A stretch of 63,598 nt of DNA, filler included, from Octopus bimaculoides (taxonomy: Eukaryota), in assembly GCF_001194135.2 (NCBI RefSeq). It is 6 parts of 6 records of this genome, joined end to end, with 100 filler letters (N's around TTAATTAATTAA, not from the genome) between each part and the next. Parts side by side here need not be neighbours in the genome. Positions count along the whole stretch, not along the records: positions 1 to 26,751 come from NC_068993.1; 5 more parts are not named here. One strand, 5' to 3'. The notes beneath the pieces were generated by a model. That model ran no database searches and was not told the DNA's origin. It saw only the letters and a program-made list of their open reading frames with translations. Positions 1-11,702 of the stretch are shown one piece after another (position 1 is the stretch's first letter; each line of letters starts with the position of its first letter). The position numbers were made by a program, and so were the translations under genes.

Positions 1-7
1 TATATAT

Positions 8-790
8 CAGTGGCGTGCAGTGACTTCCGGGGTTGGGCATGCAATGAATTCTCCTCACCCCCGACAATTTTTCAGTAAAAGAATTTTCCTATTCTTAGTA
101 TTTACATATGGGAGATTCTGAATATGCAATCACCCCGTATGACCTAGAATAAGCAGGGAATAAAAAATGGCTCTGTAGAGATGAGCCTGAAATAAGTGTA
201 TTGTTTGTATTTTTCTCTCTCTTCGAAACGTCAGTACTTTCCCATCCTCACTCTCCCTTAAAAAAGTCTAAAAATCATAAGTGAAATGTAATAAAGATGA
301 AATTGGATTCTGTTAATATTTTTGTATATTCGGAATCTCTGTTAAAGGTAGGAATCCGAAAAAAATAATATGTATACAAAACGGAAAAATAACGTTAGTT
401 AAAATAATTTAGGATTAATTAGCTACTTCTGAAATGAGAAATATAGTATAGATAATATTTTTGTTTTCAGATCACTCCAAAAATATAATAGTGCAAACAG
501 ATGTTTTGGATAAAAAAAAAATTCAAACTTACCGCCAGGTTATTCCGCCATTTAAGGAATTATGGGATTGCTATTTGCTCGGGTCAGAAAGTGGAACGAG
601 GTAAGCAACAATTCTACAATAACAAAGAGACAGAGAGATGGGTGTCATGTGGTCCTCTCAAAGCAGACGTATGAGTCATTGAGAGAGGGGTAGGGGAAGC
701 AGAATATTTTGTAAACACCTGGACGGATTTTTTTTTTTAAACAAATGTTACTATGTTATCTAATTTTCCGAGAGTGCCTGAGATACACAA
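8..790. mobile_element. Possible DNA-transposon left end, truncated
   Basis: CAGTGGCGTGCAG starts right after a TA repeat, a hAT-like terminal motif. No matching right TIR found before the SINE at 824. Confidence 0.2.
471..600 (+). CDS. Candidate coding exon, unknown product
   Basis: ttttgttttcAG|ATC...GAG|GTAAGC; 130 nt, open in one frame: HSKNIIVQTDVLDKKKIQTYRQVIPPFKELWDCYLLGSESGT. No family recognised. Confidence 0.25.
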
Positions 791-823
791 ACATATGCAT
801 ACACACATATATACTTATATATG

Positions 824-985
824 TACGACGGGTTTCTTTCAGTTTCCGTCTACCAAATCCACTCACAAAACTGTGGTCGGCTCGAGGCTAAAGTAGAAGA
901 CACTTGCCCAAGGTGCCACGCAGTGGGACTGAACCCGGAACCATGTGGTTGGTAAGAAAGCTACTTACCACAGAGCCATTCCTAT
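824..985 (-). mobile_element. tRNA-derived SINE family A, 5' half
   Basis: Reverse complement carries the head ...ggtaagtagc...caaccacatggttccgggttcagtcccactgcgtggcaccttgggcaagtgtcttctac, repeated many times in the window. Confidence 0.85.
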
Positions 986-1058
986 ACATATATTTATATA
1001 TACACATATATATGCACATATACATATATACATATACACACACACACACACACAGAAT

Positions 1059-1304
1059 AATCGTTGCTATTATGCAAAAGTGTCGTAAGTCCAAAACGTT
1101 GCTTTTTCAGAAAACGAAAAAGTAGTTTCACCATTCCATAGCAAAACCGTTGTACTACACTTTGAAAATCCTTGATATCTTGGCATCTGAAGCAACTGGA
1201 GATACGATAGTTTGACCAAAACTATCGTATCTCCAAGCAAAAATAAATATTGAAAAAAACGCATTTGGCGAAAATTTGGACATACGACATAATAGCGACG
1301 ATAG
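1059..1304. mobile_element. MITE-like element with TIRs and an internal hairpin
   Basis: Ends ATCGTTGCTATTATG..TGTCGTAAGTCCAAA and TTTGGACATACGACATAATAGCGACGAT are inverted. Perfect 17-bp stem 1197-1213/1219-1235 with a 5-nt loop. Confidence 0.6.
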
Positions 1305-1321
1305 TATACATGTATATATGT

Positions 1322-1364
<43 letters not shown>

Positions 1365-1829
1365 GTGAGCATTGTATGTATGTATGTATATACATATGAA
1401 TATGCACATCAAAGTAATAGTTTCGTGTGTCGCTACACACTGAGCAAATAGCAAATAACTATTTATTACAGGTTGGCAGATGTCATGGCTGATCAGCAAA
1501 CGGCTTCTTCGCTAAAATTATAAACAAAGCCATTGTTTTCTTCTTATATATTCAACGGTCCGAGCACTTCTGGCTGACGAGCAACAACATGTCGAAACCT
1601 TGCTCTCCCACAATCCTTTATCCTAATGAATTTAGTGAGTTATGGGAAAATAGTGTTATGAGCACATAGTCGTCATAAAGGAAAAGCTGTTTTCCAGGGA
1701 CGAACCCAACAGCGATTAGCATATTTGCGTTCGAATCTACCGGGACGTATTCAGGATAAATTAGCATATCTGTGCGATGTGCGAGAGGTATTTGAGGACA
1801 TATCAAGAAATATTTTCTTATTGTAGAAA

Positions 1830-3800
1830 GAATTATTAATATTACTATTGTATGCCAACTCTTACTGTTGCTATGAATACTTCTGTTACAATGTTTGTTA
1901 CTATACTGTTATACATTATAGTAACAGTCTACTACGTTCCGCAAGATGCACTGATATTCACGTATTGTTTGTTGCTAGCTAGAGTTCTGGTTGCTGGTTG
2001 TGTGTTGTTCCTTTTCCGTTTATTTTACTATTATTGTTGCTAACGCTTGTTGCCGCTGTCGCTAATATCGTTCATACATATCGACCGGTATAATCATTTC
2101 TATCGTTGTTATCAATGTTGCGAATAATGGATCCGTTTCTATTGTTGCTACACTGGTTGACGCTGCTATAGTTGTTGCAATTTTATCGTGCTAATTGCTA
2201 CTGCTGCAACTGTTAAATCTGTTACCTGTTGTTTTGTTGCTATCGCTATTATAGCAACATTTGTCGCTGCATCGCCTCAGATTAAACTTAATCGAGCAGA
2301 CCTATGATCAAAGACTCTCCCTGCCTGATTATTCTGTCTTTTATTCAAAAACATTTTATCTCAGACGACAACATTACATATTCTAAAATATCAGGGCGTG
2401 AGTGAAGAAAATTTGGCTGCTATTTCTAGCAGCCCTTAGAATTCGTATCGTTGCTACATTTTTAGTCGCTGTTGCTATTTTTCCAGCACAAGTTGGCATT
2501 ACTCTTGTTGCAATCTTCTTAGCCAAATTGCTACGGCTATCTCTGTTGGTAATATTGATAACGATTGGCTGTCATAATTGTTGCTATTAACAGGGCTGTT
2601 GCAATTGCAGTTGTTAACGGTGGTGCTAATGTTGGTAGAAATGGCGCCGGTGTCCGTTTGCAATTTGGTGAAATAAAACTCACATTTGCAACAGTCGTCA
2701 TCGCCACAACGCCGCTCCGCCCTCATCCATTATTCGCCACCCCTGACAGCTCCACCATTTAGCACCCGTAACCATCCTCACAACCATTACCACATATCCG
2801 TCACCACCACCACCACCACAACCATCAACGCCTCCACCACAACCATCAACGCCTCCACCACAACCATCAACGCCTCCACCACAACCATCAACGCCTCCAC
2901 CACCACCATTATCTATACAACCATCAACAGCACCACTCCTCCACCACCACCACCACCACAACCGTCAACACCATCAGCACTACAACTAGAACGATTTTCA
3001 ACAATAAAGTCACAACATCTACCCAGCCGCCGCCTCTGCCGCCACCTCTTCCGCCGCCGCCTCTGCCGCCACCTCTTCCGCCGCCGCCGCTCCCTTTGTC
3101 ACCACTCATTCAGTCATCTCTGCTGCTACATTTGCTGCTGCTGCTGCAGCAGTTTCATATCGTAGCGTCATAATTGAAGAAAGCTGACTTACGTCCCTTC
3201 CTATCTCCTTGTCAGCAGCAGCAGCAGCAGCAACAGCAGCAGGGTAGATATTTAGTGTTATCAAAGACATTAGAAACTCTGTGACTACCACGACCACAAT
3301 GACTATTATCACCAACAAGAATTTTTTAAATGGTCATCATGGCACTACCACTAACAGTGGCATCACACCACCACCACCACCACCAATACCACCACCACCA
3401 CTACCACCACTACCACCACTACCACCACCATCGTCATCTTCTTATTCATATTCCCTATTTCCGCCTCCTCTCACCATCCATACCATCAACGTCGCCTTTC
3501 CCGCAGCTATCCTCAGCGCCATCGCAATCGCCCTCCCCAACTTCCCATCACATACGACAGGATCACCATCACACACCCACCACCACCACCAACACCACCA
3601 ACAACTACTACCACCACAACACTGTTACCCACACCATCACCACTGCCATCTATACTGACTTTAACATCATAACTTAGAGCGCACCTGCCGCCACCACCGC
3701 CACTGCCGCCGCCGCCACCGCCACCGCCACTTCTGCCCCATCAACGGCAGCACCAAAACTACTGTTGCTGCTATTAATACTCTTGTTATTGCCCAAGTGT
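1830..3800. repeat. Degenerate trinucleotide low-complexity region (TTG/GCT/CAC/GCC)
   Basis: Mixed triplet repeats that explain the poly-T/P/H/G ORFs in the track. Confidence 0.9.
2815..2904 (+). repeat. 21-bp minisatellite, about 4 copies
   Basis: Unit accatcaacgcctccaccaca at 2821, 2842, 2863 and 2884. Confidence 0.9.
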
Positions 3801-4227
3801 CATTCCCAGCAGAACAGTTTAGAAAGGATTTTAATATTTAAAGTCGACGCCAGCCTCCACCAACTCCAAGACGTTGTCAAAATTGGCATGACACCGAGCA
3901 GAGGAAGAAGAATATGGCTTTCAGGTTAATCTCCTTCCTCGTTTTCTCTCTCTCTAGCTTTTTATCTTTCTATTTCGCTTTCACCCCCCCCCTCTCTCTC
4001 TCTCTCTCCCTCTCTTGCTCACCCTTTCTCGCGAGCACTTTCTCGCTCTCCTCTCTGCCTTCTCCCCTTTTCACTGTCACTTAGGCTCGTTTCCTTCACC
4101 TCTTACCTTCTTACAAATAGCACTAAGTGTCTATGTACATGTATACATTCATATCACTGTAGATATACATACACACGTGTGTGTGTGTGTATGTACGTGT
4201 GTATGCATGAATATACGCATGCCTACA

Positions 4228-4263
<36 letters not shown>

Positions 4264-4658
4264 TGTCTGTCTGTATGTATGTGTGCATACATACAAAATA
4301 CGTACCTAGACACGTGCATACGTGCACAAATGCACATACATACATGAACACATGCATACAATAAGAACAAAACCCGAACCAATATTGCGCTCTCTGATTC
4401 ATGTCGGATCGACTTTTAGTTGATGCATGTCAATTTGCAAAGAACAATAAAATGGTGAACGCCTGTCAGCATGCAGCTTTGTATGAAACCTCGGGAGAGT
4501 CTGTAATTCAACACAATAGGGCTTCATCTGTCATTTGTCCCAATTTCCGAATTACTTTCTGATGCTGTATTATGTGTTATTGGTGTTAACTAGAATGAAA
4601 ATGGAAAGAAAAAAAGAAAAAAGAATCTAGGGTGAAATGTCCATGTTGCACGAACAAC

Positions 4659-5185
4659 GCAGGAGTGGCTGTGTGGTAAGAAGCTTGATTCCCAACCACA
4701 TGGTTCCGGGTTCAGTTCCACTGCATGGAAACATGGGCGAGTGTCTTCTACTATAGTCTCCGGCCGACCAAAGCCTTGTGAGTGGATGTGGTAGACGGAA
4801 ACTGAAAGAAGCCCGTGGTATTCTTCTTTACGCTTTCACCCTCCGCAAAAATTTCCAAATTTCATTTAATTTGCTTTGCGGGAAGGACTGCTCCAACGAA
4901 GTTGCGTATTGTCCTTGCCTTCGAAACGCGGAGTAGATGGAACAGGGACAACTGATGAAGGGAAATATTCTTTATGTTGCATGTCTCGTTTCTCTGTTTG
5001 CTTTTATCGTTGTTCGAAAAAAGTTCGTTTCCTGTCTTCGTCTTTATGTTTTCGTCTCTCATTGTGCTTAACGCTTTTTTGTGATATCCTGTAATAATGG
5101 TTTTGGAGTCGATTTGTTCGACTAAAAGCAGTGCTCCAGCATGGCCGTAATCAAATGACTGAAAGAAGAAAAGGAATAAAAGAAT
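4659..5185 (+). mobile_element. SINE family A with a foreign cassette in its middle
   Basis: Head 4659-4819 (gcaggagtggctgtgtggtaag...) and tail 5100-5185 (gtcgatttgttcgactaaaagcagtgctccagcatggcc...) separated by unrelated sequence. Confidence 0.75.
4920..5093 (+). mobile_element. Dispersed repeat, possibly Penelope pLTR-derived (copy 1)
   Basis: Homologous to 58829-58995 on the minus strand. Contains CTGATGAAGGGAAATA, identical to the start of the hammerhead-like core at 19686-19671. Confidence 0.55.
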
Positions 5186-5534
5186 TACAGAATCAGTCCT
5201 GAGCCATCACCGACAAAACTAGTTTTTGTCTTCGGATTTTCTTGTGTCACATGTCTGATAACGCACCTGTTATTCCCCGTCCCCAAGAAATTTAGCTGGA
5301 GTTAAACTTCGTGGAAGTTTGTTTGACTCTTTATAAGTTTATGATGACAGTATTGCAAGTGTGAGAGGTGTCATCCGTTTCATCTGACTAACCAAATATC
5401 TACTTGAGTTAAGTATAGTTTTGCATTGTACATTCGTAACATTAACTAAATAATATGAAGCGTGTCCGGAAAATTCGCCGTAAGAAATTTCTCCGTCTAG
5501 GAAAATTCGGGTGTCAGGTCATTTGTAATGTCTC

Positions 5535-6160
5535 TTATGAGTGCTACTGGTAGCATGGAATCCAGTACAACCTGTAGCAAGGTCGGATCGTTGGCGACTA
5601 AAGCGGCAACCCTAACAAGGTAACCTGGTAAGGACGGTTTCTAGAAAGCGCAACAGGACTAAAGGCAAGGCCTGTTAAAAGGATGGAGGACCCTAGTGTA
5701 AGTTCAACGACTACCTAGCAATAGCAGAAATTGCGGGTTGATGTCCCGCATGCTGGAAGACCACTGTGAGTGAGGCAGCCCATAACTTTTGCTAAAGCGT
5801 ATCTCTAAAATCCACTTCGAATCCAGGCTGCGTCTGCTCCGATAATCGATGGTTACTTGGTCAGCGAATCGTCTGCGAGGGTCGGCAATCGACGGTAAGA
5901 TGAGGTGCTACGGATCACATTATCCCCAAAGTGTGTATTGCATGTAACTGGGGACCACATGTGAACTTGTGTCCCCACTGAAATACCGAAATATGAACTC
6001 TGCATCCCAACAACGAATGACATCCACAGCAACGGCGTCAGCACTACAGCCTCGACTGCGGCCGACCTTCGAGAGTGGTTGGAATTCGTGAGCGACGTGG
6101 TTAATTCGGTGGTCGGAGCCGGTTCAAACTACCCCGGGTGGATGCTACTGCAAGAACAAG
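5535..6160 (+). mobile_element. Probable RTE-type LINE 5' remnant (5' UTR plus degraded ORF start)
   Basis: GC-richer island. Opening motif gagtgctactggta.catg.aa.cc.gtacaac is shared with 23590-23680. Degraded GTWNVRT-like sequence near 5950-5970. Family assignment is from memory. Confidence 0.35.
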
Positions 6161-6909
6161 TAAGTAGTAATAGGAAAATTCGCCTTGGAGACAAATTCGT
6201 CGTATGGACAATGAAAAAGGCTATTATAACAGCATTTTATTAAATAGAAAAAAAAATAACAGAATAATAAAAGGTTTTGTAAAAGCATTAAATAAGGAAG
6301 TCTTTATTCGACGTCAAACATAAGAAAAAAAACGTGATGAGGTCATTTAAAACGAAATTTCTTACGGCGATTTTTCCTACAGCATAAATATTGACGGCAA
6401 AATTTCCTGTAGTCAATATGAATCTGGTTTTGGAATAATCGTGTGTTAGCACGTACAACACAATGCGTTTTGGAATGTTCTTTCACAAATTCGAAAGAAA
6501 TATTTGTCTGTTTATTTTAGGACAGCTGCCGCAACGGATAATCATTTGTATCAAATTTAAGTGTGATAAAATGTTAACTCATTGCTGTGTAAATAGTGAT
6601 CCATTTATTCTGCAAGTCAGAAATAAAACTTTTATTTCTAGCATTAAAAGTAACAAAATCCAAAAGCAAAACAAGAAGGACAAAAAATACACTCATCTTA
6701 AAAGTACATATAGAATATATTGTAGAACACAGCCAAAATTACGAAGACAGACTGAAAAATCGTTTTTAGAATATGTCGACAAACCCAGATTCTATTCAAT
6801 ATTGCTTGCCATCAAATTTCACTTTGTATTCCGTCTCGTACAATTCTTACGTTGGACAAATCAGCTGACATCTGACAAGAGTAAACAAAAAATTTATACA
6901 TTAAAAAGA

Positions 6910-7483
6910 ATGCTATCTTATTTATTTTATTTTATCTTTCTTCTTCTTTACTGTTTGTCTTCGATATTTGGTGCTGAAGCCAGACATCTCAGAAGGTATG
7001 AATTTTTATTTCTTATTTTCTTTTGTACAAGGTATGCATTCGTACTACTTGTCTATTTTTTTTTTTTCGATATCTATACTGGTTTGTGTCAAAGAAAGAA
7101 GTTCTTTCCTTGAAATTCCGTATATATGATTTGAAAATATTGAAAATGCCCAATACCACGCCACGTTGGTTTACATTTCTTTGTAATTTGCGTGCGTTCA
7201 TAACCTACGAAATTTCACTTCATTTTCCTTCCTCTATTGCAGGATCCATAAGATATACTGCCGGAATACAGATCACGAAGACATACGATTAAATAAACAC
7301 CAGTAATTTTTAGCAAATTATTTTTGTCGATGTTTGAGATTTGAAATAATGAACGTCAACGACGGAATGGTTTCAATTCACACATAAACTTATATAAGTA
7401 AACACAACATTGCTTTCTTTCGTGAAATCTGCTTTACTTTTATTCATTACAGCGTGAAATGTGTCAATACTGACTTGTATTAA
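6910..7483 (+). CDS. Candidate 3-exon small secreted peptide gene (6910-6995, 7243-7302, 7453-7483)
   Basis: Predicted MLSYLFYFIFLLLYCLSSIFGAEA-RHLRRIHKIYCRNTDHEDIRLNKHHVKCVNTDLY*. Hydrophobic N-terminus ends in A-E-A. Donors AG|GTATGA and CA|GTAATT; acceptors ttcctctattgcAG| and ttattcattacAG|. Phases compatible. Manual prediction only. Confidence 0.35.
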
Positions 7484-7590
7484 ATATTTGTGCTTAAAGG
7501 TTTCAGTTGTGTTTGTTTGAGAATCCTGATTTGAGATTTCGTCACATTTAAGCTAGGAGTTGAGATGCGTTCTATATATATATATATATA

Positions 7591-8541
7591 TAGGGTGTCC
7601 CAAAACACTGTGTACACACTTTAAGTCATTTTTAAGTAATTGTAAAGTAGGTGTTTATTAGAATACATTTCATGTTCAAAATTTAATAGAATCTACAGAC
7701 ATTATTTTATTGTTTTGTCAACGCCTGTTTTTAAACTGACGCTTGTTCTAGTCCAGGCACTGCTGACAACGCGAAGCATCACGAAACAATTCGTTTGGTA
7801 TTTGTGTACATTCTCGTTCCATGGCTGCTCTCACATCAGCGACTGTTGCAGGCTTCATAGTGTAGACTTTGTCTTTTAGGTATCCCCATAAAAAAAAGTC
7901 TAGTGGTGTGAGGTCTGGTGAACGAGGAGAGTATTCAACGAAACTCCTTCGTCCAATCCACCCGTTTGGTAAGATTTCATCAAGGAAGGATCTAACATCG
8001 CGAGGGTAGTGAGGGGGGACCCCATCTTGCTGAAAACAAAACTCCTAATCTTCAAGGTCTTTTCTAATGCTTGGCATGGCAGACTGTTGCAGCAAGTTCA
8101 AGTAAACGGGACCAGACAAAGTAGCGTCAAGAAAGAATGGTCCAGTTAATCCTCTTGATGATAAACCTCACCACACTGTAACTCCTGGTATATTAATATG
8201 GTGCTGCACCATAACATGCGGATCTTCAGGTCCCCAGTAAATGCAAATGTGGTGGTTAATTGAACCATTTAATTTGAATGTGGTCTCATCACTCCACACA
8301 ACCTTTGTTGGAATCTGTGCATCTTCTACACATCGTGCCGAGTACCACTCGCAATACTGCACTCTTCGGTCTGGATCATTATCATTAATAGCTTGGATTA
8401 ATCTTGGAACGTAACTTTTCCATTGACAACGCTTCAAAATGCGCTGGACAGACGATTTTGGAATACCTACCTCACGACTCGCTTGCCGCACAGACTTTCA
8501 TGGACTCAGGTGATTCGTTTCCAGTACTCCTTCTTGCTTTG
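7591..8541 (-). mobile_element. Tc1/mariner-superfamily transposon, DD41D (rosa/VS) type; 5' part lost in gap
   Basis: TA repeat then GGGTGTCCCAAAA terminal motif. Minus strand encodes WSDE...QQDGVPPH...SPDLTPLDFFLWGYLKDKVY with 41 residues between the second and third Asp. Confidence 0.9.
7718..8541 (-). pseudogene. DD41D transposase pseudogene
   Basis: Reading frame colinear with in-frame stops (TVW*GL, LED*EF, CLD*NK). Confidence 0.85.
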
Positions 8542-8930
8542 NNNNNNNNNNNNNNNNNNNNNNNNNNNNNNNNNNNNNNNNNNNNNNNNNNNNNNNNNNN
8601 NNNNNNNNNNNNNNNNNNNNNNNNNNNNNNNNNNNNNNNNNNNNNNNNNNNNNNNNNNNNNNNNNNNNNNNNNNNNNNNNNNNNNNNNNNNNNNNNNNNN
8701 NNNNNNNNNNNNNNNNNNNNNNNNNNNNNNNNNNNNNNNNNNNNNNNNNNNNNNNNNNNNNNNNNNNNNNNNNNNNNNNNNNNNNNNNNNNNNNNNNNNN
8801 NNNNNNNNNNNNNNNNNNNNNNNNNNNNNNNNNNNNNNNNNNNNNNNNNNNNNNNNNNNNNNNNNNNNNNNNNNNNNNNNNNNNNNNNNNNNNNNNNNNN
8901 NNNNNNNNNNNNNNNNNNNNNNNNNNNNNN

Positions 8931-8990
<60 letters not shown>

Positions 8991-9304
8991 ACACACACAC
9001 ACATACATAAATGTGCGTCGAGGTGTGTGTACATACATATATAAATACGGGCATAGACACATCATACACGCAAACACATCCATAAACATATATATACATT
9101 TATATATACAGAGAATAGGGTAAGTTGCATGCATATGTGTGTGTATACATACACGCATACGTACATATATATATATATATATATATATAAATACATACAT
9201 ACGCGCAGGAACACGCACATACACTCACACACACACACATATATGCATGTATAAGTATGTATGTGTGTAAGTATATACATAGATGTATATATACATAGAT
9301 ATAT

Positions 9305-9338
<34 letters not shown>

Positions 9339-9641
9339 CTGAGAGACAGAGCCAGAGCGTGTATGTTTGTGTGTGTGTGTGTGGTGTGATGTGATGTGAT
9401 CTTCCGGTTAGAAATCCTAAGAAACACCTGCCATATTGTTAGCAGCCATCAAAAGGAATTTACTAGAAATAGTCATGTGACAAGTCGAAATGGCGTCTGG
9501 CGCCATTTTTCTGACTCTAATCATCTCATCTCGGAATCTATTCCCTTATTGCATTTCCTCACTTTCCCCAACCCCCCAACTTCCCAACGCTTACTTACTC
9601 TCCTTTCCAAATCTTTTTGTCTCTTTCATCTTTCATCCTAT

Positions 9642-9672
<31 letters not shown>

Positions 9673-9945
9673 GATAGATAGATAGATAGATATATATACA
9701 TATATNNNNNNNNNNNNNNNNNNNNNNNNNNNNNNNNNNNNNNNNNNNNNNNNNNNNNNNNNNNNNNNNNNNNNNNNNNNNNNNNNNNNNNNNNNNNNNN
9801 NNNNNNNNNNNNNNNNNNNNNNNNNNNNNNNNNNNNNNNNNNNNNNNNNNNNNNNNNNNNNNNNNNNCACTATTTCTCTGTGCATGTAAAAATGTATGTA
9901 CGCGTGCGTATATATATATATGTATGTATACATACATACAGGTAT

Positions 9946-9978
<33 letters not shown>

Positions 9979-10330
9979 CCTACATAAATACATACATATA
10001 TACATACATGTACACACACATACACACATACACACATATATATACATATTTATAGTATATATATATGCATATACATGTGCATAAGCACATACATGTATGT
10101 GTGTATTATGTGTATTTACGCACACATATGTGTGTGTGTGTGTGTGTGTGTCTACGTAAGCACATTTGCGTGGCTATGAATTGATGTACGTGTTATATAT
10201 TTCTCCCTGTTTGTATTTCCGCCCCATCCTTTCTGTCACTCGATTCCCTGACTCGCCCACCAACCCCATCACTCCACCTTCTAGATCCTTACGTATGATT
10301 CACCTCTATTTACGGAATTTGCCAAGATTA

Positions 10331-10378
<48 letters not shown>

Positions 10379-10679
10379 GGCCTGTTGGATTGTCAATGCC
10401 GTTAGAAGGTCGCAGAAAATTCTTTGCGTATTTGTTCTGGCACTTTTCGTTCTGAGTTCAAATCTAACCTCGACGAACTGTCCTTTTCATTTATTGATAA
10501 TATAAATACATACATGAGTTGAATCAGCCAGGTTCTTCTAAATTTTCTCTCTTGGGCCTTATTAGGAATTATAATAATTATTATTATTTATGGGTTTCTG
10601 GAAAAAACAGTTCCGCTCATTGCTGCAAGAATTAGGTACGTTCTTTTAGATAAATGCCTCTTCGTCGGTTACGACAACA

Positions 10680-10970
10680 AGGGTTCCAGTTGACTCGATC
10701 AACGGAACTGCCTTCTCATGGAATTTACGTGCAAGTGGTTGAGGATTCCATAGACACGCGGAACCCTGAACGTAGTTCCCAGAGAGATTCAGTGTGACAC
10801 AGAAAGGGAAATACTCTTTGAATTACAGATAGCGCTCATTTTTGCTTGCTGAGTGAACTGGAGCAACGCGAAATAAAGTAAGTTGCTCTAGGACACAACG
10901 TGCCGCCAGGTCTCGAACCCACAACTTTAGAATATTGAGTCGAATACGCGAACCACTTAGCCACGCGACT
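10680..10970 (-). mobile_element. tRNA-derived SINE family C
   Basis: Minus-strand head gtcgcgtggctaagtggttcgcg...gggttcgagacc has A/B boxes. Related partial copy at 58996-59085 (+). Confidence 0.7.
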
Positions 10971-11399
10971 TCGCGTCATTTTGGAGATAATGCACATCCG
11001 GTTAACAAGAATGCTCAATGCAAGTCCCACAGAGAGCTTTTCCACGTTCACCCTGTACGTTCAAGGTTATGGAGCAGCTTCAAGGTTAACGAAAATTATC
11101 CAAATATAACAGACGTGTGGAAATGCCCTTTTACCATTTACAGAGCTTATTGCTATATTTAGGAACAGAATGTGAACTGTATCTATTGATACGGATAATT
11201 TATCAACGATCCTACAGAAACGACTGTGCTAATTACAAACTGAATTATACTCATTCCTTAATTACCACAATGTTTTTAGTTCAACAAATAAGTCGGTGTA
11301 ATTTATTAATATTATTATCATATTTCTACACTCCATTATAGTTATTTGGTATTATATCGGTAATTAAGACGCTATTGTCCGTTCAATTAATTCACCATT

Positions 11400-11660
11400 G
11401 TCCTGAGTATGATGTCTAGTCTGAGGTGCAATCCATTGATTTGTCTGCCTGATGGAGTTTCATAGTATTTCCTTATTGTTATTTTTTAACGGAAGATGGA
11501 GGTTTGCATGAATACTTGAGAGCTTTTTCTTGAAACAATTGGAATTTGTTGACTATGTATACGTAGGGTAGCTTTGCTACCCGAGGGTGTCAGCATATAT
11601 ATTTTGGCGAATCGAGTATAGGACAGCTTGATAGAATATGCACTCTCATTATCTTTTTAA
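11400..11660 (-). mobile_element. Degraded LINE reverse-transcriptase C-terminal remnant
   Basis: Weak resemblance to post-RT motifs (CPILDSP like RPILEYA; FQLFQEKALK like LQ..QN.ALR). Confidence 0.25.
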
Positions 11661-11702
11661 AATTCTCCACAAACGATACATATTATATACCATATCTCTT
11701 AT

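Noticed and set aside
1568-1610. CTGACGAG...CGAAAC hammerhead-like boxes
   Set aside because: No GUH site after helix III and no helix I pairing.
1618-1806. 62-aa minus-strand ORF
   Set aside because: No family recognised, adjacent stops, no clear exon boundaries.
2686-3677. Pro/His/Thr-rich ORFs resembling extensin or mucin
   Set aside because: Translations of degenerate CAC/CCA repeats, open in several frames, with no splice or domain support.
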